Part shown: positions 1 through 46,944 of the stretch, piece by piece
Numbering within the stretch: position 1 is the first letter of the stretch
Layout of the letters: every line of letters starts with the position of its first letter
Origin: the human T2T-CHM13v2.0 reference genome, Homo sapiens
Reading direction: 5' to 3' (one strand)
Length of the DNA: 64,000 nucleotides
Assembly: GCF_009914755.1 (NCBI RefSeq)
Contig: NC_060925.1
The notes under the pieces: generated by a model
The model's database searches: none
What the model saw: the letters and a program-made list of their open reading frames with translations, nothing else
What the model was told of the DNA's origin: nothing
Position numbers and translations under genes: made by a program

Positions 1-253
1 AATGCCATTGAATTACACATTTAAATGGTAAATTTTATGTAATATATATTTTACCACTGTAAGAAGAAAAAGATTATGTGGATTTATATAGATGGGTGGT
101 AAACTCATCTACACATTTGAGTAGATACATTGAACCCTAAAACACAAAAGCAGGGCTGCAGCATCTAGAGATGGGGCCCAGGAGCTCAGTGGGTAAAAAG
201 AACTCAAAGCTAGAAACTGACAGCATTCCAAATGAGTCAAGCTATTCACCAAC

Positions 254-17819
<17,566 letters not shown>

Positions 17820-18125
17820 TCGGCCAGTGAGTCTTCTCCCAATTATGAGGAAGAAAATTTGCAGGGTTCTAAAAGAAAAAAATAGGTAAACATAATAGGA
17901 TGACAGTATAAAGTATCTGCAAACAACTCTTATGTATTAGAAATGGTATCACTTTCCCTTGCCTCCCTTTTCAGTGGGGTTTAATAGGTTTATATAAAGA
18001 TAACCACTAAGCATCAGGTATTATTAAATATTAAAACTGTAACAAAGAAACTAACCCCGGGGATCCAAAGGTTCCAATTCAACCTTATTTGGTTGTGTAT
18101 GTACCAGGAATGAATCTCAACTCAC

Positions 18126-18345
18126 TGTGTGAATGTTTAGAGAGCAGGTGCAGCCTAGAGATGTAACGATGAGGAAGGAGAGGCTGAGGTTTGAAAGAGG
18201 TGATGGGGACAGTGAAGAACAAAGGCAGTTCAGCCTAGCCAGTGGTTAAAGGCACAGGCTCTGGGGTCAGACAGAGCTGGGTTTGATTCCCGATTCTGCT
18301 GCTTCTCTGCTGTATGCGCGCTCCTCGCGGCCTCAGTTTCCTCAT
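18126..18345 (-). other. YIPF1: Probable YIPF1 5' UTR exon, partly MIR-derived
   Basis: Acceptor cccattttacag| from the MIR core; donor ACA|gtgagt at 18125. Confidence 0.65.
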
Positions 18346-18449
18346 CTGTAAAATGGGTGCATAACGATACCTAGTCACACAGTGCGGGGGTCATTAAATG
18401 GGAGTGCGTGTAAGGAGCCTAGAGCGGAGTCAGGCAATTAGTAGGCAAT

Positions 18450-18880
18450 GGGGTGTCGGCGACCCTGCAGCCCGGGACACCGCGAAGCAGAGGCAGTGTT
18501 TCAGGGAGAGGAGCTGGGCCGCGGCGGCCCGGGCGGGCAGGAGATCCTGAACCCCCTTAGCCTCGTACAGGTCCCGCAAACTCGGCAGCCTCACCTCGCG
18601 GGGTTAGGCGTCCCCCGGGTCCCGAGAAGGCTCGGGCCTCAGTTGCTCCGCGCCGGTTTCGGTCCAGCCCAGTTGCCGGAAGCCGGAGATCCGGGGGGCG
18701 GAACCTCTCCGCCTCCTCCGGGAAGAGCCCCGCCTCCTTAAAGAGACAGCAGCTCCCAGAGAAACCTGCGTGCTGCGGCGCGCAGAGCCCGCTCCCGCCC
18801 GCCCTTCTCCCGAGGCTGAGCCTCGAGTTCTTAAAGAGACAGGCGAGGGCGGAGTGGTGGGGTCGCTGAGTGTGACTACT
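18450..18880. promoter_or_regulatory. YIPF1: CpG island / YIPF1 promoter
   Basis: Only strongly CpG-dense non-repeat segment in the window; ETS motif CCGGAAG at 18676 and several GC boxes (GGGGCGG, CCCGCCC). Confidence 0.88.
18595..18700 (-). other. YIPF1: YIPF1 non-coding exon 1 (TSS approximate)
   Basis: Donor GAG|gtgagg at 18594, inside the CpG island. Confidence 0.7.
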
Positions 18881-19384
18881 TGGGCTGGCCTTGCTCCAGG
18901 GAACGTAGAAAATTCTCGAGTTTAGGGTTTTCTTACTGTGTGTTTATACCTCTTTTCCTAAGGAAATATAAAATCGGGTGATGAAAGACGATTGTGAAAG
19001 AAAAAATTAAGTCACCCGCGTCACCAGTCCCTCAGTTTCTTTTGGCCACAAAAATTTCACTGGTGAGAAAGTACATGATGAGTCAATTACATTCTGAATG
19101 AGTGATCGAAAGCGCGATGTCTGTTCGTATGAGCACCCCCAGTAAGTGAGCGCTTGGAAAGACTTTACATCTAATAATAGCCATATATAGTGTATTTTTT
19201 TCCCCAAGATGATCATGATCAGGCTTTGTACATGCAGGATCTCTAATTCTCAGAACAATCCTGCTATCTTGGGGTGATTATCCTCATTTTACAAAGAGAA
19301 AGCTGAGGCTTAGAGCATGTGTAGGGCACTTTTGGTTGAGTATGTACCAGGAATGAATCTCAGTTCATGAATTCAGCTGTGCTA

Positions 19385-21815
<2,431 letters not shown>

Positions 21816-22338
21816 GGTCTTGGGTGTATTTTAAAACACTTCCCAACTCTGAGCTCTATGATTCTTCTTTCAGTTTCTCCAATGAGCCATGCTGTCTCTG
21901 GCTTCTGGGCCTTTGGCCATGTGGTTCCTTCCACCAGGACACTATCCCCACTTTAGCCAGCTGACTGCTTGCCGTCTTTCTGGTTTCAGCATAGAAATCA
22001 CTTCCTCAGTGAAGTCCTCTTGACTTCTCTAACCAGAATTAGCTTCCCCTTCTCCCTGCTCTCGTAGCCCACGCACACCCTCCGCCTCTGGACTTCATTT
22101 AGGAAATGGTAGTTTTTTGTTTACTTGTCTATTCCCCGCACTAGACCATGACTTCCTTGAGAGAAGAGGGTGTTTTATTTGTCACTCTATGCCCAGTGCT
22201 AAGGGGAGTTGCAGGCCCCAGGTTTTGTTAGAAATGGTCCCATTTCTGTCTCTGCCCTGGGAGGTTTGAGATCCATATCCCCTGGGGAGGGCTCTGACTA
22301 CAGAAATAGTCAACCACCAGCTAGAAGCCATGATTGGG

Positions 22339-22640
22339 GGCCGGGTGCGGTGGCTCGAGCCTGTAATCCCAGCACTTTTGGAGGCCAAGGCGGGTAGGTC
22401 ATCTGAGGTCAGGAGTTCAAGACCAGCCTGACCAACACGGTGAAACCCTGTCTCTACTAAAAATACAAAAATTAGCCAGGCGTGGTGGCAGGCGCCTGTA
22501 ATCCCAGCTACTCAGGAGGTTGAGGCAGGATAACTGCTTGAACCTGGGAGGCAGAGGTTGCAGTGAGCCAAGATCGTGCCACTGCACTCCAGCCTGGGCG
22601 ACAGAGCGAGACTCCATCTCCAGCAACAACAACAAAAAAC
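22339..22640 (+). mobile_element. AluS-type element carrying the DIO1 TRE2
   Basis: Full dimeric Alu with a (CAA)n tail. Confidence 0.95.
22396..22419 (+). promoter_or_regulatory. Distal thyroid-hormone/retinoic-acid response element (TRE2): perfect DR4 plus overlapping DR2, inside an Alu
   Basis: AGGTCA-tctg-AGGTCA (22396-22411) then gg-AGTTCA (22414-22419), ~700 bp upstream of the DIO1 ATG; agrees with the known DIO1 TRE2. Confidence 0.92.
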
Positions 22641-22890
22641 CATGGATGTTTGTTGGGAAAACAAAGATCTTTGTTGGGAAAAACATCTTTCATTAGTAAA
22701 AGAAGAGTTTGTGTATAAAGAATAACTAATAGCCAAATCTACTGACTTGTGAGAGAGCATCTAACAGGTTCTCTTTAAGTGTGGTCTTTTTAAGTACTTG
22801 TTTTTTAAAAAATTAATCAGAGGGAGAATTTAAGATGTGGAATCTACCAATCCAAGAATCTCTCAAAAGCTCAGGCAAAGAATTGGAAAT

Positions 22891-23093
22891 GATAATGATT
22901 AAAACAGACCTTTGTGCACCTGGTTAGGAATTTTCTATCTCATGACAGAAAGGCAAACATCTTCTGACCTGACTCCTTCCCCTGACCCGGGGTTGGCTGC
23001 TCCTACCCTGCACCTTCATTCAGCTCCGCCCAGTGTTGCCTGGCTGCAGCCTCTCTGCCCATAGAACTCAGAGCTTACTCTGGCTTTGCCGAG
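22891..23093 (+). promoter_or_regulatory. DIO1: DIO1 TATA-less proximal promoter and short 5' UTR
   Basis: GC box CCGCCC 23026-23031, HNF1-like 22891-22903, HNF4-like DR1 22906-22918, forkhead-like GCAAACA 22953-22959; no TATA box seen. Confidence 0.75.
22965..22990 (-). promoter_or_regulatory. Proximal TRE (TRE1): two octamer half-sites 10 bp apart
   Basis: TGACCTGA (22965-22972) and TGACCCGG (22983-22990). Confidence 0.85.
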
Positions 23094-38909
<15,816 letters not shown>

Positions 38910-39138
38910 TCTGGACAGATACCTCAATTCTAGGTGATCAACGGGAGGGCTTCTCAAGGCTTAGCTCTCCCTGAGACCCAGCTGGCTTTTACCCTTGACC
39001 TGTGTCCCTAGCTGAATCACTAGCTCAGATTTTTCTGATCTAAGCAAACAACTCCCAGCTGAGGAATGCAGGCCACAGCACCCAATCAAGACAAATTGTT
39101 ATTATCAGAAAATGAAGCAACACTTGAGCTGTTCAGGC

Positions 39139-39176
39139 CAGTTCCCTGTTGAAGAAACAGTTCCCTGTTGAAGAAA
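39139..39176 (+). repeat. Perfect 19-bp tandem duplication in the DIO1 3' UTR
   Basis: (CAGTTCCCTGTTGAAGAAA)x2. Confidence 0.95.
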
Positions 39177-39870
39177 GTAGAGCCTGACACTGCTCCCACT
39201 TTGGAGACCACATTCCCTGCACACGGTCTTTGAGAGAGCAGTTGCACTCTACAGGCACACTTCTGAGGTACGGTATCTCTCTCCAGCCACTCTGATACCA
39301 AGTAATTCAAGCTGGCATTCCTTCTATTAGGGAAATTCATTTTACCCAATTTGCATTTATGGAATTGATCATTTAAGACACTAAATTAGTTTTTAGAACC
39401 AATTATGGGAAGAATTCCAGTTGTTAGGAAGAGATGAGGAGTTGGAAGAGGAGGGATTAGAAACAGGAGGAGGCAGTCATCCTCTCCTTGCCAAAAGATT
39501 TAAACCTGTCCACATTGGTGGTGATGATGGGTGAGTTTCCATGGTAACACATCCCTAATTTTACCAGGGAAGAGGAGAGTACTCACTTTACCATCTTTGA
39601 ATATATTTCATAGAAATCTAGCTCTCTGTACCCTGAAATCTTCCACTAGCCTCACTTTTCAACAGAGTCATCTAGAAGGGAGGGTTGGCTTCCCAAAAGC
39701 ATAACCTTGACCAAACCAAACAATAGGCACCAGCAATGCTGTCATTCAGTTATGCAGAAGCTCATTTGTGAAATTCTGTTTCTCTGATTTCTTCGCAAGT
39801 CTCTTAATGGTCATTTGTGTTAGATTACATCAAACTGATGGATAGCCATTGGTATTCATCTATTTTAACT

Positions 39871-39959
39871 CTGTGTCTTTACATATTTGTTTATGATGGC
39901 CACAGCCTAAAGTACACACGGCTGTGACTTGATTCAAAAGAAAATGTTATAAGATGCAG
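39871..39959 (+). promoter_or_regulatory. SECIS element (type 1)
   Basis: ATGA 39893-39896; helix II CACAGCC 39901-39907 / GGCTGTG 39920-39926; apical AAA 39909-39911; TGAT 39930-39933 completes the GA/GA kink-turn core; lower helix ACAT/ATGT and CTGTGTCT/AGATGCAG. Confidence 0.97.
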
Positions 39960-39977
39960 TAAACTAATAACAGAATT

Positions 39978-39983
39978 ATTAAA
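39978..39983 (+). terminator. DIO1 polyadenylation signal ATTAAA
   Basis: Variant hexamer just after the SECIS, followed by U/GU-rich sequence at ~39997-40045. Confidence 0.8.
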
Positions 39984-41674
39984 ATATATCAGGCTATTTT
40001 GGATGGCTTCCGTGTGATCTTTACATTTTCTTTTCCAATTTGTATCTGATTACCCAGTGTAATCTGACCAGCAAAAATACCATACGCTGAAAGGGCCTCA
40101 TTTTGGGGGAAGAACATTCAGGCCCTATGTTACATGTTAAATGTGGTTTTGTCTTATGAACTCCTGCTGGAGTGAAATAATTTTTCACATTGGAATCAAA
40201 TTACCTTTATAACATGACATAAAAGAATGGATCAGGAGACCTTTTGCTAGCATGAGAACATATTCTCTTTAGCTATACTTTAGTTGCTACAAAGTTAATA
40301 TTATTAATGTTGTCACTTTATTATTTTAAAAATAGTTATTGCAAGAGGCTGAGGCAGGAGAATCACTTGAACTCAGGAGGCAGAGGTTGCAGTGAGCCAA
40401 GATGGTGCCCCTTAATTCCAGCCTGGGTGACAGAGCGAGACTCCGTAAAAAAAGTTATTATTAATCATCTACCAGGCACAGTCACTTTCAGATATGTTAT
40501 CTCATTTAATCTCTATATATCTCAAAGAGGAGATGATTATCCCCATTTTACAGATGAGGAAATCAAGGCTCAGAGAGTTAAGTAACTTGCATAACTTCTC
40601 AGAACTAGTAAGTAACAAGCCGAGATTCAAACCGGATCTCTAACTTCAAGGCCAGAGTCCTAGCTCTGTTCCTGCCAGCTGGGTGACTTTGATCAAGCTG
40701 CCTTGGTATCTTGACCTATAAAACAGGGTATCAATAGTGCCTAGTCCATAGATTCATGAGTAGAGCACTCAGAACTGTGCCTGACTTGGAGAAAGTGTCA
40801 TGAAGTGTTGGCTATTATTACGATTATCATAATTATTGTCCCACAACTGCTTCCTCGGGCCCTTTTTTGGGGGGTTGGAGGTGGAAGGAGGACAAGACAA
40901 TATGGATGCTGAATAAAAATTCCCCATCCTACCAAAGCCACTCATGACCAACATAGGCATGAGTTTGTGAGGCTATACTGAAAATGAGAAGCTGTGACAA
41001 TGATGGGACTGAAGCACAGATGAGCACTCACTGTTCCTCCTAAGTACTAAGTTGCACAAAAGGAGACAGGATGTAAGGCAAGCCTCTTCTGAATCACTTC
41101 TCTGATGGTCTTCCAATTCGTGTCTACAAATGCACAGAAATCTCCCCATTTTCACTAAATAATAGTAGCTGGAACTGAGGAGCTTTTCAGAATGACAAAA
41201 ATAGACCCCCGGCTTTCCAATTAGATTCTCTTCAACTTAATGCATCAAACATTGAGCATTGATTCTTTTCTGGGTGCAGAGTTATGCAAAGATGGACGAG
41301 GAAGAGCTGTTGTCCTCCAGCAGCTTAATCTCACAGGGGACCAGACATACACTCCAATGACCATAACTCAAGGTGGAGTATATGTTAGAGTGAAGACTAA
41401 GTGCTCAGAGGGCACAGAGGAGACAGCAATCCTCTGAGCTGGGTGAATCCAACAATGCTTTTTGGAGCTGGTGGCATTTGAGCTGGTCTTCAAAGATGCC
41501 CAGTACTTCCATAATTTGGGATGGGAGCCTGGAGAAGATGGGAAGGGAGAAGGGCATTTCAAGTGAGGAGAACTACAAGGGCAAAGGTGGGAAAAGGGCT
41601 ATGTGCAGGAGACTGCAAGAGGTTTGGGTTCAATTCCAATCCTTTTGTTTTACAGTTGCTAGCCATAGGCCAGT

Positions 41675-42930
41675 GTAGTTCAATGGTTCTCAAACTTGGG
41701 CATGCAACAAAATCACCTGGAGGGCTTGCTGCAACACAGATTCTTGGTTCTCATCTCCAGAGTTTACGATTCGACAGATCTGAGGTTGAGCTAGGGAATT
41801 TGCATTACTAACAAGTTCTCAGGTGAGGCTGATCCTGCTGTCCCAGGAACCACACTTTGAGAACCGCTGCTATAGTAGGTGTTGTTGGTGCTCTGCCCAG
41901 ATGCCTTTTACCAAGCCATTGTACTCATGAGCCAGCTGCTGTGAGTGTTGGCTGCTAATGGCTCACAGATGCACTCTTTCCTGAGAATTTGCCCTCATGA
42001 CAGGAGCTATCTTACCCAGAAATACCTGTGAAATTATGTCCTTCACCTGAGTGTGGCCCACAGCCAGTGACTGATGGATTTGAAATTCCAAAGCCTTTTC
42101 CCTTGCTGCAAGGTGGGGCAGTCTACTTCTCCGGTGCCAGTCATGCTTCAGAGCTCCCTATGGGATCAGACTGAGGCTAGACTTCAGCAGAAGCCATGTT
42201 TAATTTTTCCCTCTGCCTGATCCTGCTTCTCTCACTTCCTTAGAGGTTTCTCCTGAGAGCGCTCCCTCAATAAATCACTCTTCAAAGAATCCTTGTTGGA
42301 GGCTCTGCTTCTAGAGAACCTGACCCAGAGCAGTCCCCTTCTGGGTCTTTTCTGATTATGAGTCTTCATTAGTGGGGCTTGTTATCTGCTGAAACATAGT
42401 GTGGGATGAGGAGTCAGGTGGCGCAATCTGCAACTTTCATTGACATTCGCTGTCTTGAGTAGCCTATTATTAACTAAATTCCTTCCTTTGAGATGGGGCT
42501 CAGGGAAATCCCCTTCAGTTACACTCCCTTTACTTTGGATGCTTTTTCACCTTCTGCTATGGATTGAATTGTGCCCCTCTAACCCCCAAAATGCATATGT
42601 TGAAGATTTAACCTCCTTTTATTTGGAGACAGGGCCTATATAGAGGTAATGAAAATCACATGAAGTCATAAGGGTGTGGCCTTGATAAGACAGGAATAGT
42701 GTCCCTTAAGAGACACCAGAGTGCACTCTCTGCACACACACACAAAGAGCTCGTGTGAGCACACAGCAAGGTGGCAGCTACCTACAACGCAGGAAGAAAG
42801 GGTTCACCAGAAACTATGCCGGCACCCTGATCTCAGACTTCCAGCCTCCAGAGTGGTGAGAAAATAAATGTCTGTTGTTTCAGCTACCCAGTTTATGGTA
42901 TTTTGTTACAGCAGCTGGAGCTAAGACAAC
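41675..42930. mobile_element. MER5-like DNA element (41675-41870), LTR16-like LTR (41880-42330) and MaLR (MST/MLT1) LTR (42555-42930)
   Basis: Recalled termini: cacactttgagaacc; caataaatcact...tagagaacctgacc; tgctatggattgaattgtgccc...ctaagaca. Confidence 0.65.
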
Positions 42931-45890
42931 TTCCTTCATCATGCTTTACCTCCAGCAGTCTCCTCTGGTGTATCCTGCCTGATTCTCTCCAGCTCCATCT
43001 TCCCTGCCATTCTGTTATTAACCTCGAGGCTCTCTGGAGACATTCTCCATCCTCCTGAGCCACCTGCAGCCCTCTTCAATCTAATCAAGGGACTGTTGGA
43101 TAAGCCTTTCATAACCATGACACGTTTAATAAAGTCTCTAGCTTTGAGAGAACATATGCCAGTTCTCAGCTTCTTCCTTCACCAAAATCCTCATTTCACA
43201 GTACTTAGTGAGTGGGCGTCCCATTTTGATGTTAGGGATTATAGCTGCTTCCTTGAAGATAAAATGTTTTTCTTTTTATAATTCTTTTTGTTGTGAATGT
43301 TTTGAGAAAGGGGATGGAGTAAAAATCGCTTTACCCCATCATCTTTAACCAGAAGTATCCATTTTTATATTTATAAACATATATATGTATATATATAAAA
43401 TTCATATCCCATTATAAAATGATGTTTGTATATATCATACTTTCTAATATATGGCTGCGTAGTAGTTTCCAGTTTTTCTGTCTTATAAACATCATTGCTA
43501 TAAACTTTGTCCACTTATCTTTGTATATTCCTTTATCTGATTATTAGGCTATATTTCTAGAAATGGAATTTCTGTGTCAAAGACTACATGCATGTTTAAA
43601 ACTTTGATGTACACTGCCACACACTATCTCCCAGAAGGCTATCAGGGTCAAGTTACAAAGGGTTGCTGGAACATCACCTAGAAGGTGAAGCCCACAAAGG
43701 ATGCCTCCCCCAGCCTGACCCCTGCAGAGAGGCATTCCTGAGAGAGGGCTCAACAAATGCAATATGCTATAAAAAAAAATCTGTATAAATGAGTGATAAA
43801 CACAATTTTCATTTCTGTAATATTTCTTTGCCTAGACTTGGTACATGGTAAAAAGGTCATTAAATTTTTACTTTTTTATCCATCGCTTTAAATAAGTATT
43901 TACTGGTTTAAACTTTATGCAAGGCGCTGTGATAGGCATTGGTCCACAGTAAGTGATCCAAAAATTCATATATTGTTGACTAGCTTTATTCAAAGCTCCT
44001 CAAAGATTCTACAGTATAAAGAGATATAGGCGTGCAAATAAATGAACGATGTTCACTTATTCAGTCAACAGATATTTCTTGAGAATATATGTGCCAGGCA
44101 CTATTCTAAGCCCTGAGGATACAGTCATGAGCAGAAGCAAAAAAACCCCCTGCCTTGGGGAGCTTACATTCTAGTGAGAGAGATGATAAACATGATATAC
44201 ATGGTAAACAGAAAAAATACGTTAGACAGTTATAAGCAGGGCTGTCCCTATAAGGGTGAGAGAGCCCCGAGTAATTCAATTGGATTAAATCTCCTACTCA
44301 AGAGGATCACACCTGAATGCAGGTGGCACTGCCCTCATCTTTCAAAGGATACTTGGGCCATCATTAATATCATTAAAAGAAAAAAATTTAAGTGGAATTT
44401 TAATGATAGAAATGAAGAGTCAGGTATAAGAACTCCTAAATACAGAACACAGGGTGACTGCGTCAGGTCCCTAACCTAAGAAAAGAAGAAAAATAAAACA
44501 GGGAAGAAAGATTTAATGTGTTTGTCTTGCGAGGGTAAGGTGCAGGAACACTCTAATTTTAATAGGGAGGCCAGAGAAAGGCTTATTGAGAAGGAAATTT
44601 TGTGTAAGGACCTGATGTCAATGAGGAAGCCAGCTATACTGACACCAGTGGCAAGAGCACTACAGGCAGAGGAAACAGCAAACACAAAGGCCTCAATACA
44701 TAGTACACACAGCACAGTGGCAGTCAGGAGTCCATGGGCAGGTGGAGAAAAGGCCACATGAAAGGGAAAGAGGATGCCAGTTGAGGACAAATGAGAGTTT
44801 AAAAAGGTGAGGGGCTGAGAGCAGTGGCTCACACCTATATTCCCAACACTTTGGGAGGCCAAGGTAGGAGGATCCTGTGAGCCTGGGAGCTCGAGACTAG
44901 CCTGGGCAACATGGTGAAACCACATTTCTATAAAAATACAAAAAATTAGCCAGGTGTGGTGGCATGTGTCTGTAGTCCCAGCTACCCAGGAGGCTGAGGT
45001 GGGAGGGTCACCTGAGCCTGGGAGGTCAAGGCTGCTGTGAGCTGTGTTTGTGCCACTGCGCTCCAGCCTGGGCAACAGACCTGCTCTCAAAAAAAAAAAA
45101 AAAAAGAGGTGATTGGGGTAGTTCAGCAGTGAAATACAAAACAAAGCAAAAAGGTAAAGCTACATATCATATCTATTGCCTGAAATGTGGAGTGGTTTAA
45201 GGTGATAATGAGAATGAGTTTTTTAAAGCCTAGAAAAATGAAGTTTAAAGCATGCTGTTTTCAAATACCGTATATGAAATGGGTGTTCTACAGTCATCAA
45301 TTGTTTCCTGCATCCACAGAAGACAGAGAAAAAAGACTTAAAGATAACTCACCAGGCCTGTGCCAAAGAAATCAATCAGATAACCTCTGGAGATCCCTTT
45401 TAGCAATCTGTAAGCCTCAACACAGTGTTTCTTACACAAAGAGTTATTGCCATTTCAATTTAGAAACTTGGCAAAAAGAAAATGCTCAGCATTTCATTTT
45501 ATTGAACATGAACACAATTGCTATAATTCACATTCCTTCTCAAAAACCTTAAATGGTTCCAGTGTTACAAGAAAATACCTGAAAGCCTGTGATCTAGCCG
45601 TAATGTTCAGTTTTAGTTTCACTTTTTGCTCTACTCAGACTTTTTTATTCATCTTTCCCCAAATTCATCATTATGAATGACTACTCACCTTCACATCTCT
45701 TATCTGGTATACCAAGGTGGCTTTTGAAATGCCTTTCCTACTCTTCTCCATTTAAAATTTGCTTTTCCGGGCCGGGCGCAGTGGCTCACACCTGTAATCC
45801 CAGCACTTTGGGAGGCTGAGGTGGGCAGATCACCTGAGGTCTGGAGTTCGAGACCAGCCTGGCCAACATGGCAAAACCCCATCTTTACTA

Positions 45891-46052
<162 letters not shown>

Positions 46053-46526
46053 TCAAAAAAAAAGAAAAACTTGGCAAGACTCCATCTCAAAAAAAAAAAA
46101 TAAATAAAATTAAAGCATATATAAGTAGAAATACTCCTACAATGAACCTCCATATATCTATCACCCAGATTCAATAATTTATTGCCACATTTGCTTCTTC
46201 AACTAACCCTCTTTCCTTTATAAAGGCTCTGCTTAAATAGTAAGCAAATTCCAGATTATCAGGCCATTTCAGTCATCCATAGTTCTATATGCATCTCATA
46301 TGCTTTATATGCATTTCAGTCACCCATAGTTCTATATGCATTTAAGCTCATGCATTTTATTACATAAGCTTAAAGCCAGTATCACACATAGTAAAAGGAA
46401 TAACACCCAGTCTACAAGAAAATTTCCTCAATTATCTTAAAATGTCCTTTTTTGGTCAGGCGCAGTGGCTAACACCTGTAATCCCAGCACTTTGGGAGGC
46501 TGAGGCAGGCAGATCACCTGAGGTCA

Positions 46527-46735
<209 letters not shown>

Positions 46736-46944
46736 TCAAAAAAGAAAAAAAAAAAGTCATTTTTCAGTTTGTCTATTCAAATCAGCATCCATCACGATCC
46801 ACACATGGCATGTGGTCATAGGAGCTCTTAGGTCTCCTTGAATTTAGAGCAGGCCCCTTTCCTTAATTAACATTTTTTATGCCACTGACTTTTTGAAGAA
46901 ACCAGGTCGCTTGCCCTGTAGGATGAGCCACATTCTAGACTTGT

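Larger units (their letters stand above)
38910..39996 (+). other. DIO1: DIO1 3' UTR (~1.09 kb; 3' end approximate)
   Basis: Runs from the stop codon to just past ATTAAA at 39978; contains the SECIS. Confidence 0.85.

Noticed and set aside
39515-39570. Second SECIS around gtgATGAtgggtg
   Set aside because: No correctly spaced AAR loop or partner GA, and no continuous helix II.
44476-45144. 222-aa ORF, plus the many ORFs containing [11 protein letters not shown] / [12 protein letters not shown]
   Set aside because: Translations of antisense Alu and adjacent L2-like sequence; no evidence of real coding.
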